A stretch of DNA of 64,000 bases from the NCBI GenBank assembly GCA_012295275.1, contig CM022665.1, positions 48,112,001 through 48,176,000 on the forward strand, written 5' to 3'. Shown piece by piece: positions 1 through 15,500 of this stretch. A program made the position numbers and the translations under genes. The stretch comes from Chrysomallon squamiferum. Its lineage: Eukaryota > Animalia > Mollusca. The notes beneath the pieces were generated by a model. It saw only the letters and a program-made list of their open reading frames with translations, did no database searches and was not told where the DNA came from. Each line of letters starts with the position of its first letter. The first letter of the stretch is position 1.

Positions 1-21
1 TTAACTGATAGAAGTCTGGTT
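1..21 (-). CDS. Possible terminal coding exon of the MAP7-like gene (NQTSIS*)
   Basis: Acceptor ttgttgttttattag ends at 22; phase-0 reading AAC CAG ACT TCT ATC AGT TAA matches the phase-0 donor at 432. Short and at the window edge, so it may be coincidental. Confidence 0.35.
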   Translation of the reverse strand, partial: NQTSIS

Positions 22-432
22 CTAATAAAACAACAAACATTAACTGTACTTGTCTTCACAATGAAGTGATGGGTATTCACTGCTCATCACCAAACATCAA
101 AGATTTTTATTTAGTCACAAACATGTACCAATTTAAAAATTTAAAGAAATGCTTAAAAAACTCCAGAACTGTCACACTTTATAATATCAAAACATCTTTG
201 ATGCAGTACTGGGTAAATCCCAACATCAACAGCACACGATGGCATTATGTAGCATTCTTTTATGAAATCATTATTTTATTAATTCATTCTCTCATTCACA
301 CCAGTGACTGTGTATTCAAATTTAAACACTGCTGACTGTTAATTCACACATTTAAACTTCTTTACAGATTTACACTGAAAGGTTTTGAAAAGAGAAATTA
401 ATAATAAAAAAAAAAAATTAATAAAAATTTAC

Positions 433-3400
433 CTTTGGTGATTCTGATCCATCTGTTTTCACTCTCTTCATGATCATCTCCAGTCTCTGAAATAAAGCAC
501 AGCTGTACTGGTAACACTCAACTCACTGTTCACTGCTCACTACGATGATTTCTTGTGGAAAATATTTTAATACAGTAACTCAATTCAAATATAAGTATCA
601 ACTACTACAGACTGAACTTGTTTCTGTTCTGGTGTTATTACAAATTTATCAATGTATTTCACTAATCTTAATTAACAATTTTAATGTAAATTCAATTTTT
701 TCTGTATGTATGTTACTAAAAACAAAAATATTGTGTTTTTGACATAAACAAACAAAACAGAGATGAATATTTATTTTACAGTGTCATATCATTTTTTTTA
801 AATTTTTTTTTTTCTCCTTCTTCTTATTATCAGTATTATTTTTTTTCAGCTATCTCAAATTCCACATATCCCCAGTCTTTGTTTTCTGTTACAAACATCT
901 CTAAAGAAACAAACTGTTGTCTCACATATTTCTAACTTTTCAATAAATACAGAAAGTTCTAACAGATCACAAGAAATGTAAAATATACCTAAAATAATTT
1001 TGTTGCCACAATTCAACCCTGACTGAGTAACAGTGAACTACAGAACACAAATCTAAATAAAACTAAAATATTTGTTCTAACACACCTTCTTTCTCTCCAG
1101 TCTTTCTTCCTCCTCTCGTATTTTGCGTTCTTGTCTTTCCTTCTCAAGTCTCTCAGCCTCTTCACGAGCTTTCTGTTCTGCTTCCTGTCTCTATAAATAG
1201 AATGTTTACATTAATAAAACACACATATATAACTTGTGTTTACATTAATAAAACACACATATATAACTTGTGTTTACATTAATAAAACACACATATATAA
1301 CTTGTGTTTTCATTAATAAAACACACATATAACTTTTGTTTTCAATAAAACATATAATAAAAAACACACATATATAACTTGTGTTTTCATTAATAAAACA
1401 CACATATAACTTTTGTTTTCAATAAAACATACACATATAATTTGTGTTTAAAACCACTCACTGATAAACAAAACAAGATAAAACATGTGAACAACTTAAA
1501 GAATGTTTCATTGTTAAAACCACTCACTGATAAACAAAACAAGATGAAATTGTATAAAAACTCAAAGACTGTTTCACTAATAAACAAAACAAGGTGAAAT
1601 TGTATAAAAACAACTCAAAGAATGTTTCACTAATAAACAAAACAAGGTGAAATTGTATAAAAACTCAAAGACTGTTTCACTAATAAACAAAACAAGGTGA
1701 AATTGTATAAAAACTCAAAGACTGTTTCACTAATAAACAAAACAAGGTGAAATTGTATAAAAACTCAAAGACTGTTTCACTAATAAACAAAACAAGGTGA
1801 AATTGTATAAAAACTCAAAGACTGTTTCACTAATAAACAAAACAAGGTGAAAGACTGTTTCACTAATAAACTAAACAAGGTGAAATTGTATAAAAACTCA
1901 AAGACTGTTTCACTAATAAACAAAACAAGGTGAAATTGTATAAAAACTCAAAGACTGTTTCACTAATAAACTAAACAAGATGAAATGTAAAAACTTACAG
2001 CTTTCCTCTCGGCGTCCAGTCTCTCAGCCTCTTCGCGTCTGCGTTGTTCTTCTGCTGCGATGGCTGCTGCCAGTCGCTCTTCCTCTGCGCGCCTCGCCTC
2101 CTCGGCCAGTTGCAGGATCTCCTCCTCCTGTCGTCTCTGCTCCTCCTCCTCCTGTCTCTGTCTCTCCTCCTCAACCAGCCTGTTACAACACAACACAAAC
2201 ATGTCAAGATTTCATAGTTAAAAACAAAGCCTACAGGACAGTCTGTTACAACACAACACAAACATGTCAAGATTTCATAGTTAAAAACAAAGCCTACAGG
2301 ACAGTCTGTTACAACACAACACAAACACAGATTTCATAGTTAAAAACAAAGCCTACAGGACAGTCTGTTACAACACAACAGGCAGAAAAACAAATCAGTG
2401 TTTCAGGCAGAGAATCAGTGTTTGAGAATCAGTGTTTATGTAAGAGAATGGTAAGCCAATCTGTTTTATGGTGTTTGACATTGTGATAAACTGCTGTGTT
2501 GTCCTATCAAAGTAACAACAACTCACTAATACACAAGTTACTCACCTGTTCTATGAAGTATATTCACCTAAGTATAACAATAACTCACATCTCCTGCTGT
2601 ATAAAACATATGTACATAACTATGAGTATCAATAACTCACTAGTATGTGTGAGTGCTCACCTTTCCTCTCTATAAAACGTACTTATCTCTCTTCTCTATA
2701 AAACGTACTTATCTCTACGTAACTATGAGTGCCAATAATTCACTAGTATGTGTGAGTACTCACCTCTCTTCTCTATAAAACGTACTTATCTCTACGTAAC
2801 TATGAGTGCCAATAACTCACTAGTATGTGTGAGTACTCACCTCTCTTCTCTATAAAACGTACTTATCTCTATAAACTATGAGTGCCAATAACTCACTAGT
2901 ATGTGTGAGTACTCACCTCTTCTCTATAAAACGTACTTATCTCTACGTAACTATGAGTACCAATAATTCACTAGTATGAGTGAGTGCTCACCTTTCCTCT
3001 CTATAAAACGTACTTATCTCTACATAACTATGAGTACCAATAATTCACTAGTATGAGTGAGTACTCACCTCTCCTCTCTATGAAACGTACTTATCTCTAC
3101 GTAACTACGACTGCCAGTAACTCATTAGTATGTGTGAGTACTCACCTCTCCTCTCTATAAAACGTACTTATCTCTACGTAACTATGAGTGCCAATAATTC
3201 ACTAGTATGTGTGAGTACTCACCTCTCCTCTCTATAAAACGTACTTATCTCTACATAACTACGAGTGCCAGTAACTCACTAGTATGTGTGAACTATGAGT
3301 ACCAATAACTCTAGTATGTGTGAGTACTCACCTCTCCTCTCTATGAAACATACTTATCTCTACATAACTACGAGTGCCAGTAACTCATTAGTATGTGTGA

Positions 3401-5167
3401 GTACTCACCTCTCCTGTTCGAGCCTCTGTCTCTCCAACTCCTGAGCTCTCTCTGCCTTCTCACGGGCCAGTCGCCTGTGCTCCGCCAGCTTCGCCTTGTA
3501 CTCGAGGATGTCCTGATTGGACGACGATGTCGCTGACTTCGACACATCCGACATCGACTTCGACATCGAATCTGTGCTTTTACCCGCCACGCCCGAATCT
3601 GACACAGTGACAGCTGCTGTTGAGTCGTCCACAGACATTGACATGACCGCAGCTGCTGGCGTGGGCACTTTCACTGCTGGTTCTGGTGCTGATGGTGTGG
3701 CTGCAGTTGCTGGCTTCGACTCTCTGACTTTCTGTTTTTCATGTGTCTGCTTCACAATTGGCTGCAATGTTAATATTTTCAAACTTGAAAAACTCACTCT
3801 TGTAACAATGAGACAAGTTATAAAATTTCACTCTTTAGAAAACAAAATCAATACCAAACAACAAATACAGTTTTTATACAGGTGTGTTATGATCTTATCA
3901 TATAAGATATCATTTGTCAAATATAATAAATATGTTAAATAGAATATACAAGATGTAATTACAATTTATTTATCAATCCTCATATACAAGAAAATAACAT
4001 TTACTGTCATTTAGCTAAGCTATAATTATCACAAGTTAGAATTTAACATTAAACATGTATCCTCTTTATTTAACAATCCTTATACACAAGTAAATAACAA
4101 CTAAATTCATCTAGATAAAAATTATCACAAGTTAATAATTAACATTAAAAATGTACTGTTTATTTAACAATACTTATATACAAGTAAATACTATTTACAG
4201 AATATAACTAAGCTGTATTTATCACAAGTTAATATTTAACATTAAACATGTATTTTATTTAACAATTAATATATTTAACATTAAATATCCATTGTTTATT
4301 TAACCCTGAAATAAAAAAAATAACAACTACTTTCACCTAGATACAAGTTACAGTTATTACAAGCTAGCCTTTAACATCAAACACATCTGTAGTTCACACT
4401 ACTTATACCAGAATTATTTCACCTGTTTATTTATTACTTACCTAGAGTACAGCTAAATTAGCATAATCAATGATGCAGTACCAATACATCACCATGGCAA
4501 CAATTAATATATATGCTTGCACTAGTTTAATGTAAAACTTTTTTCTTCTATTTTGTTACGAGCAAAATGATATTTTAATTTTAAAAATAATTAACTTTTT
4601 CATTATTTATTTATCTTTGTTGATTAGGTATTAACTGTTTTGTTAGGCAAGCATTTACATTATTATTACTGTTATTATTATTATTATTATGATGATTATT
4701 ATTATTATTATTATTATGATTATTATTATTATTGTGATTATTATTATTATTATTAACTGAAGTTCATTAAGATTATCTGCCTACAACAAGTTTTCAGTTA
4801 AGCTTTATGTTGTACTGTTAGTAATACACAGTCAATACTAATTAGTTTTAATTTTCATATACAGGTTTAGGGTACAATTTCTGAATATATGTAATTTCAA
4901 ACATAAGATTAATACATAGTTTTATTTGTATACACCAGTGCACAAACAAAGAATATACCAGAACACACACAGATGCACACGCACATACACACACACATAC
5001 AGTCAGCCTGTCATAATAACGAATAAAACAAAAATGGTGTAAAATAAAGTAAGTGAGTCTGTGCATTTGTGTACAGGAAACATAGCAGTGCTGTTTTTAT
5101 ACAACCACGACCAACAAACCTAAACCTCTTTCTGTTCATTCTCTGACACTAATAACAATAATATAAC

Positions 5168-5219
<52 letters not shown>

Positions 5220-7439
5220 GTAGGAATAATAATAAGAATATTAATAAGAATAATCATAATAATAATACTAATAATAATCATAACAACAACAAAAATACTG
5301 ATGATGATGACTGATAACACTACTACTACTAATAATAAAAACAAACAGTAAAAGATTAAATGACTAATTAAATGTGTTTACTAAACGTCACTATCTAGTG
5401 CTGTAAATATGGGCATGCTACATACTGACACCTGGACAGACAACTCAACACACAACATCTGACTAAGTTTAGCAGTAAAACTGAAAGTGTCTCTTACAAA
5501 GACCAACAAGCAGATGTTGTACTGAATGAATTGTCATGTCACATACAGGTATTAATATACTGTATATAGATCTATACATATATACTCTATATTATATATA
5601 TATGCTATATACTCTATATATTATATATACACTATATACTATATATATGATATATATACTATATACTATATGTGTGATATATATATATTTATATATTTAT
5701 ACACCTTCAATTCCCTCGTATCATAAGCTACACAATGCAACAGCAAAACAACTTTTGTTTTCAAACATGTGTTATTGCCACTGACAGAAAACAAAAGCTG
5801 TTTTACGCTAAGTAATGAAAAATGCAAAAAGCCAATCAAGGGAGATAACTACAGACAGTGTGGATGAACAAACCTTTCTGGCAACAGTACTAAGATTTGT
5901 GGTTGAATAGGCTTTCCTAGGGGCAGGTTGCCGTGACAACCTAGACGTGCTCTGTAACAACATGTATGTTCAATCAGAAAAAACACACACAACAACAGCT
6001 ACAGGAAGGTTTACACTGACACAGTTACTACACAACACAGCACTAAGCAGATATGTTTACACATCTGTCAATTAGACAGGTTTACTGATGTGTGAACTAA
6101 CTAGACAGGTGTGTGTTCTGTTTACTGTGTGAACTAACCAGACAGATGTGTGATTTGTTTACTAATGTGTGAACTAACCAGACAGATGTGTGATTTGTTT
6201 TACTGTGAACTAACCAGACAGATGTGTGACTTGTTTACTGTGTGAACTAACCAGACAGATGTGTGATTTGTTTACTAATGTGTGAACTAACCAGACAGAT
6301 GTGTGTTGTTTACTGTGTGAACTAAACAGACAGGTGTGTGATTTGTTTACTAATGTGTGAACTAACCAGACAGATGTGTGATTTGTTTACTAATGTGTGA
6401 ACTAACCAGACAGATGTGTGTGTTGTTTACTGTGTGAACTAACCAGACAGGTGTGTGTGTTGTTTACTGTGTGAACTAACCAGACAGATGTGTGATTTGT
6501 TTACTAATGTGTGAACTAACCAGACAGATGTGTGTGTTGTTTACTGTGTGAACTAACCAGACAGGTGTGTGATTTGTTTACTAATGTGTGAACTAACCAC
6601 AAAAGGTTTGTGTTTTGTTTACTAATTTTTAAACTAACAACAGGTATGTGTGAACTAATCAGACTGGTGTGTGAATCAGACATGATTGTGAATGTGTGAA
6701 TGAATCAGACAGGTGTGTGAATTAGACATGTTAACTAACGTGTGAACTAATCACATGTGTGAATATTTGGACATGTTTACAGATTAAACAGGATGACTAC
6801 TGCACGTGAAATAATTACATTAAGATAGATTTCAACTGAAGACAAATACAGGACACAAAACAACACATATACACATCTACACACATATATACACATCTAC
6901 ACATGAATATATACATCTACACACAAGCTGAAAACAAAATGTGAAAGTTACACAAATTTAAAACAAACATTAAAATGTAAATAACACATTTACAAACTGT
7001 GAATTCAGCCAGATTTAAAGTTATATATTAAAATGTTTTATTAAAATATCATTTGAACAATAACCTTTTAGTTCAAGTCTATATTATTTTGTTTGAACAC
7101 ACATATATATATTTTAAATAATTATGACCAAATTCTGATAATAAATTATAAATAACAGAATGACTGTGACAATTTCAAGACAAGCTAGGTTAAATAACAA
7201 AGAATTTCTGACTGCCAAACAAAGATAAATGTGGAAGCTTTAACAGATCAAGCTGCAGCATGCAGTATTCTATTTTGACAGAATTAAAGTACACATTCTT
7301 TTTACTAAAATACTAATATTTTCAAAGTTATACTTCTTCAAATAAATGTTTACATAAAAAATAAATGACTGGTACAAAAATGTAACAGGTCATCAGACAT
7401 TAACACCAACAGTTTTATACAATTTAATAAATAAACATA

Positions 7440-7474
<35 letters not shown>

Positions 7475-9185
7475 ACAAACAAATTCCTGATTTAAAAAGT
7501 ACTATTTCCTCCAAATAGAATTGTTAGAACAACGTCGATGCAAATCAACAACAGCAACAGCATCAGCAGCATCAATGCACAGTGCCAAATATAGTGAAGC
7601 AATAAACAGACATTCTTTTTAATATGGCAGGCAGAAAAAAACATACAAACTTTGGTAACAATACAGTACAACACAGACAATAACTAGGTAAGTAATTAAA
7701 TAAATAACTAAACACACATATCAATAAATAAATAAGTAAATAAACATATAAATAAATAAATAAATAAACATATAAACATACAAACAAACAAGTACTGACC
7801 TTGCTGACTTCAGGTTTCTGCTCTGTTTTCTCCGGCTTGCCGCGGACGTGTTTGGGCGTGGACAGTCTCTCGAAGGTGTGTCTGTTCACTCGGCCGCCCG
7901 ACCCAGTCGACTTGTTCTCCTCGCTCGTCTCACTGTTCTCCTTGTTGTCGTCCCGCCCCCCAGCAGCCTGGGTGGGCGTGGCGGGCAGGGACTTGCGTGT
8001 CAGCTTAGCTCTAGACCTCTCCGGTCTGTCTGCTACAATGATCACAGTCAACATATACTACACACATCTGCTGCCACTACAACTACTACTACTACTACTA
8101 CTACTACAATTACAACCACCTCTCTAACATTTAGAACATTAAAAAAAAAAGCCGGCACTAAATAATTTTACGTCTAAGCAGAAAAATAAGAAAAATGAAA
8201 TATGAAAAAAGAAGTGTAAAAGAAGTAACTGACTAAAACTATCTTAATAAGAATGAAGCTATCTAAAATAATTTTAAAAAAATATATAAAACTGCCTTAA
8301 AATATTTAAGTTCATTAGTAAAGACAGAAAAAAAAAAAAGAAAAGTTAACTGTTCAAATCTCAGAGGTGCAATGTATCAGAAGCAAATCAATAGTATCCT
8401 GTCCATGTTGTATGTTAATAAACAAACCTATCCAAGTTAAAACTGTGTGTGAACTGAACTGTCCAAGTTCAAACAGGATCACTGTCAACCAAATATTAGT
8501 ATCCTGTCCAAATTAAATCAGTTAAAATAGGATACAAACACTAATCCAAATAAATCAGTATCTTATCCAAACAGTGTTAAAACAAATCAGGATATACTGT
8601 AAACTAAATAACAGATTTCCTGTCCAAATATCCTATCCAAATTAAATCAGTATATTATACTGTGAACTAAACAGTGGTATCCTGTCCAAATTAAATCAGT
8701 ATATTATGCTGTGAACTAAACAGTAATATCCTGTCCAAATTAAATCAATCAGTATATTATACAACTAAACAGTGAACCAAAGAAAAGGTATCCTATCCAA
8801 ATTAAATCAGGACATTACACTATGAACCAAAGAAAAACAGGATACATGTTATATTTGTTACAATTTAGTATCCTGTCCAGTGAAGTCGTCGTGTCAGGAC
8901 AGTGAAAGTGAAGACGTGAACAGTAGCAAGTAAAGAAATACGCTGTTAGCTCCACCAGCCTTCCTTTTAACACCATATTTTACATCAGCCATTTTATATC
9001 AGGCATATTTCACTTAAGTCATGATTATATTTTTGTTCAGACTAGTATATACAGCCCCTTTTCAGATACATGCATATTTATCTTTTCTATCACTTTTTCT
9101 TTTCTCTTTATTCTATTATCACAGAGACCTTCAGAGAGATATTTATTTATATTTTCTATCATTCTCTTTTCTTTTATTCTGTTAT

Positions 9186-9237
<52 letters not shown>

Positions 9238-9768
9238 TACACACATTCACACAGATATATGTATATATTATTTTCTATCACTTTCTCTTTTTTGGTTATC
9301 TCTGTTTGACACACACCTACACAAAATAACTGAACTATCTGTTACTATTAGTTTATAATCAAGTTATGCAGTTTAAATTCTATGTATTGTCTTGTTACAA
9401 ACCCTGTCTAAATATACAGATGCTGATATTAGTATTATAAGATACTCTTTGTAACCTCAAAGAACATGAATTTTATTTTATGTACCTCGAGATACACTGA
9501 GAGTTCTTCTAACTTTCAATCAAGTCACACACACATGCACTCTCACACACAACATACACACATATATACAAATAAAACACACAGAGACATACTCACACAT
9601 ATATCAAAACTTAAACATTACACAGACATGCATAGCCATACATTTAAATCTATACAGTCACATACATAAAACACACACACGGATTTGCCCTCATGCAGAC
9701 ACACACACAAACACAAAAAGACACACACTGATTCGCACACACAAACATACAAAGACACACACTGATTT

Positions 9769-9807
<39 letters not shown>

Positions 9808-12535
9808 GACAGACAAACACTGTATTACTTGTGTGTACCTCGAGATACTCTGTCGGTACTCTTACTCCGAGCTGTCTGGTTTTCAACGACTACAAACGTG
9901 GGCATACTCGTAGCTACACTGGCCGGCCGCGGCTTCCTCGGCGGCTTGCTTTCTCGCAGCTTTACTGCGCCAGCGTTCAACGGTGCGGAACTCTTCGGCC
10001 TCGTTGGCGTGGTAGCAGTAGTAGCCGATGCTAGAAAAGAGCGACGACCTTCGGGTATGGTGTTGAGGGCTGGAGTGGGGAATGTAAGGCAAGGCAAAAG
10101 AACAGAGAGTTAGCTGTCAGTTAACTAAATTAACTAATTTTATTTTTGTTTTTCCCTTCACCATTGTCAGCTGCACTTTAACTACATGCTAAAAAAAAAC
10201 AAAAAAAACTGGACAATCCTACACAACATGTACTCGACTGCGACATTATCAAATATCAGTGAAATGATTTCTGAAATCGTTTATATTTTGTTGTTTTAAT
10301 AGTGCAAGTCAACACAGTATTAATTTAAAAACTTGTTAATCGATGACTTCAACGTGATTAGAGATTTGTCCAGTTTTAGTACACTGCAAACGAAAACAAA
10401 CAAAAATAAAACAAACTGCTACAAAACAAAATTAAAGCAAATGCAACAAGAAAATATTTTAAAAATTAAAAATTTAAATAAAATCATAAAAAATAATAGT
10501 AAATAAATAAAATATAAATCATAGCTTTAAAAAGCACACACTGTTACCTGTAGACAAACTAAATGAAGATGTGTACTGTCAGTGTTCACTATCAGATTTG
10601 TATTTAAACAAGATATTTAAACTATTTCATACACACAGATTTACAAATCATTACAGCTAGTGTGACACAACACACATAAAAGTGTCACAAGTCACTCAGT
10701 TTGTTCTTGTAACTAACACATTATAACTAACATATTCTACTTAGCACAGTGAACTTTCACCTGTGACAAGATTTTTAATTTATAAACCCTATCATTATCT
10801 TTATTTTTACCTTATCTAAACTATCTAAATAAAATTATTCATTAACAATCTAAAAAAAGAATCATCTGACAAATATTTTGTTTATAATTTACTAGATTGT
10901 TTCTCTATGTGAATGCACTACCATATCAACTATAAACTACACAAAGTCTAAATGATCTCTATCCTGTGTGTCAATCTGTCTGTCTGTCTGTAATTATCAA
11001 TCTCTTTCGTGTTCATGTAAGTGAACAGAGCCAAGCTAAACAAAAACTGAACTAAGAAATAAAATAAAAAATAAAAACAATCAACAGGCAAATGATGAAA
11101 ACAAGGCATAAACACAAAATAACATAAAAACAACATAAAAACATAAAACAAAAACAATAATTTCATCATTAATAACATTTCGTGTTTTTTTAGTTGGTTT
11201 TACTATGAAAATGAGGAAAGTGATTAACTCTTCATGCATGAACAGAAAGTGGAAATTGAAGATGTTTGTTCTAAATCATAATTTGTATTTTCTAATAGCA
11301 TCAAAGAAGAGACAGAAAACATTTAAAAAGTGAAAAAAAAATCACAAAGCTTAGAACAGGCAACCAGCAAATCACCCGATTAGAAATAGTTAAAACTTGG
11401 GCAGTAGTTACTGAAAATCACCCAGATTAAAAAAACTTTTAAAATTTTAACAGTTAGTAACCCAATGACTTAGCAGAATGAAATTTTAAACAAAATGAGG
11501 AATTTTAAGCTAAATGAGGAATTTTAAACAAAATGAGGAATTTTAAACCAAATGTGTAAGTTTAAACCAAATGAGGAATTTTAAGCTAAATGAGGAATTT
11601 TAAACCAAATGAGGAATTTTAAACCAAATGAGGAATTTAAAACCAAATGAGGAATTTCAAGCTAAGTGAGTTGCTGGACACCTGTGCTGACCGAGAGCTT
11701 ACCGAGGACGGACTCAGGCCGGTTGCTAAGGGTTCCCGAGGAAGCAAAGTCAGAGTTTCGTTTGTGATAGAGGACACTTGTTGACACTGACATGTGTCTG
11801 GAGGGGGGGTTCACAGCCCAGGGGCAGGGACCTAAATCAACAAGCATGTCAAATGCACAAAATGCAAATAAAACACAACTGAAAACAAAAATGACGACAA
11901 CATGCAAGTTCTAGTCTGTACCATCTCACTGGACATGTGTTTCCATCTGTGTAAATTAATGTACTTAGTTTTTAATAATTCTTAATAAAAATAATAAAAC
12001 TAACAGCAGAAATGTTAATTTTTCAGAATAACTTCAACAAGACTGTTATTATGGTAATAAAAAAACATTTAAACATCTGGAAACACATTTCCTGTCAGAT
12101 TTTCCATGGAAATTTAATTTTTTTAAATATTTCCTAATCATTTATCTGAGACAGTTAATCTAATATTTAATATATATATACACAATTAAATCAGTTTTTA
12201 AAATTATATTTTAATTTTTCACTGTAAGTTTTGATTATTAATATATATTCTAAAATTATATTTAAAATATTTTTTTTTAATTTTTTTTTTTGTTTGGTAG
12301 AAAACAGAATTTAAATTTATCTTCATAACACACAGACAAAATTGTAAGTATATTTATAAAACTGTATACAACAAAGTGCAGTATTTACTGTGTACATAAT
12401 AAATATGATATTTATATATAATATATATATTTGACCTCACTGGTGTCATCTCGGTATATCTGACAAATCTTTCATTAAAATAATTCTCTTAAAGTTTAGG
12501 TCATTACAAAGATTTTTTTTATAATAAAAACCAAT

Positions 12536-12572
<37 letters not shown>

Positions 12573-15500
12573 CACCAAAATTCCCCAAAATAAAGGATAC
12601 TGAATACACCACAGTAAAATAAATAAATAATTGGAAAATAAATCAAAAATGTTCCCCAGATCGATTTTGATTTTTGAATTTAGTTTTTTTTTGGTTTTGT
12701 TTTGGATGTTTACGTTTAGCGTTAATGTTTACACATGGCATATTCAGACCTGTCCCAGTGTGCAAGAAAATAACAAAAACTGTGATTTCATTCCCCCATG
12801 ACACAAATGAAGTCCAAATTAAACTGCTGTTTTAAATTAGGTTCTTTGTGGGTGTATTTTTTATTATTAATTTTTTTTTTTTTTTTTTTTTTGTTGTTTC
12901 GTTATTATATTACCATCATTATTTTTTAATATTATAACTGTTGATCTTAGAATACTAACATATTGTTATTTTTATTATACTTTTTATTTTCTTCAATTCT
13001 TAAAATAACCAAATTATAATTATTATTTAATACTACTACAATTATTTCTATCTATGACAGACATTATAAAGATTTAAAAGTTAAGTGTTTACAGACATCT
13101 TCATCAGAATTATGATTACAATGAAAACTTTGAGATTGCTACCTTCCCACTTTTCCTTTTTTCTTAAAATATTTATAAAACTACATTTCAATTTTCATTT
13201 CCTGTACTTTTTTATTTTTAAATTTTTTTTTACCAGGCCTTTTATTAACAAAAAATATATTTACAATGGATACTAACACTTCTGTCTTATTTAAATTAAT
13301 TTTTTTTTTTTTTTTTCTATTTTTTAGTGTTAGTGTAAAAAGGTGTAAAATGGAATGTTAGTGACAGACTGACTACAACAGGTTAGTAACAACATGCAAC
13401 TACAACGGCAACACATTGTAAGCTGTAAGCAGCAGTGGGCAGGCAGGCAGGCAGCGTGAAGCAAACAGAACACAAAGAGATTAGTCGTTTTAGTAGGTTA
13501 ATGACAAACCATAACTTAGTGAGACAACTTCACCTTACAGTTCACTATACTTAGTTTTACAGTTCATACACCCTTATTTAAACTAGCTTAATACCACTTT
13601 TACATTAATTAGTTTTACAGTTCATACTAACCCTTATTTAAACAAGAGTAATACCACTTTTACATTAGTTAGTTTTACAGTTCACTATACTTAGTGTTAC
13701 AGTTCATACTAACCCTCATTTAAACTAGCTTAATACCACTTTTACATTAGTTAGTTTTACAGATCATTCTAACCCTTATTTCAACTAGTTTAATACCACT
13801 TTTACATTAATTAGTTTTATAGTTCATACTAACCCTTATTTAAACTAGCTTAATACCACTTTTACATTAGTTAGTTTTACAGTTCATACTAACCCTTATT
13901 TAAACTAGTTTAATACCACTTTTACATTAATTAGTTTTATAGTTCATACTAACCCGTATTTCAACTAGTTTAACTGTAACATCATTTACATTAGTTAGGT
14001 TTACAGTTCATACTAACCCTTATTTAAACTAGCTTAATACCACTTTTACATTAGTTAGTTTTACAGTTCATTCTAACCCTTATTTCAACTAGTTTAATAA
14101 CATTTTTACATTAGTTAGGTTTACAGTTCATTCTAACCCTTATTTAAACTAGCTTAATACCACTTTTACATTAGTTAGTTTTACAGTTCATTCTAACCCT
14201 TATTTCAACTAGTTTAACTGTAACATCACTTTTACATTAGTTAGGATTACAGTTCATACTAACCCTTATTTCAACTAGTTTAACTGTAACATATATTAGT
14301 TAGTTTTATAATTCATAGTAACACTTATTTCCACTAGTTTATGTTTTACATTTCACTGTAACATCACATTTTTAGAGTTCACTATACATTAGTTTTACAG
14401 TTCATAGTAATGCTTATTCCAACTAGTTTATGTTTCAATTGGTTTGTTTTACATTTACTGTAACATATTTTTAAAGTTCATAGTAACACTTATTTCCACT
14501 GGTTTATGTTTTACATTTCACTAACATCACATTTTCAGTTCACTATACATTAATTAGTTTTACAGTTCAAAGTAATACTTATTTCAACTGGTTTATGTAT
14601 ATCTAGTGTCATTTCAGCTTGTCTATCTTTATTCATTCTTATTTCAACTAGTTTAAATTCTGGGGTTTATTTAGAGTTAACTCAACCAGTTTATGTTGCA
14701 GTTCCTTCACTTAGTTAAAATACTTAAATTTCACTTTGACAATTAATTATTTCAGTTTATACTTCATTGTAAAAGAAACCTTTGTAACATTTAGTCCTCT
14801 TACAATCTATTTACCTATTTCAGACACTATAATATTCTCTGTAATCAATAAGTTATATATAATCAGTGTAATCTGTTATACACAAGACTATCAGGTTTCA
14901 AACACTTAAAAACAATCCATCTTCAAAACTGGTTAGTAAAGATTTTCTTTCTTCTTCTTCTTGTAGGAATTAATGGCTACTTTAACACAATAAACATACT
15001 CTCATAGATGCATCAAACAATTAGATGTGCACTTAATCCCACCATTAACCTCAAATTTCATATTTTATCCAGAGTTCAGATTTCAATGTCACACTTTATA
15101 ATAGTTTGAGAGTGGAAAAAATAATAATTTCTGAAAGCATGCTTTGGCTTTTAGTGAGAACAGACAACATGGCAAAATCTACTTTTACCAAATTCCAGTT
15201 TGACAGATTTGTTGATGTGATGTATTTAATTTTTGACGTGGTTTTCAAGTGTCACAAACAGGAATGCTGTTTAGTAATTCTGTTCAAAGATAACATTAAA
15301 TCAAGACCATTAATCTCTCTAAGTATGACAATATCTGTTTTCCATGCTGACGGCCATGTTAATTTAAAACGTCAACATTCGTTCCGTCTCATTAGTGCTG
15401 TAAAATGCAGATGCACATGACAAAGCAACAAGAGTGAAGAGTTTGAAAAAAGGGAGATAATCACAATACACTGTGTTATCTGACAATGATGATGAGACGC

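Noticed and set aside
5120-5344. Hydrophobic ORF or NEQKE micro-exon
   Set aside because: ORF is an (ATT)n translation; the micro-exon would need a weak GAG acceptor and has no other support.
13535-14300. CTAACCCT within the 60-bp repeat as interstitial telomere sequence
   Set aside because: One isolated motif per unit, not tandem TTAGGG.
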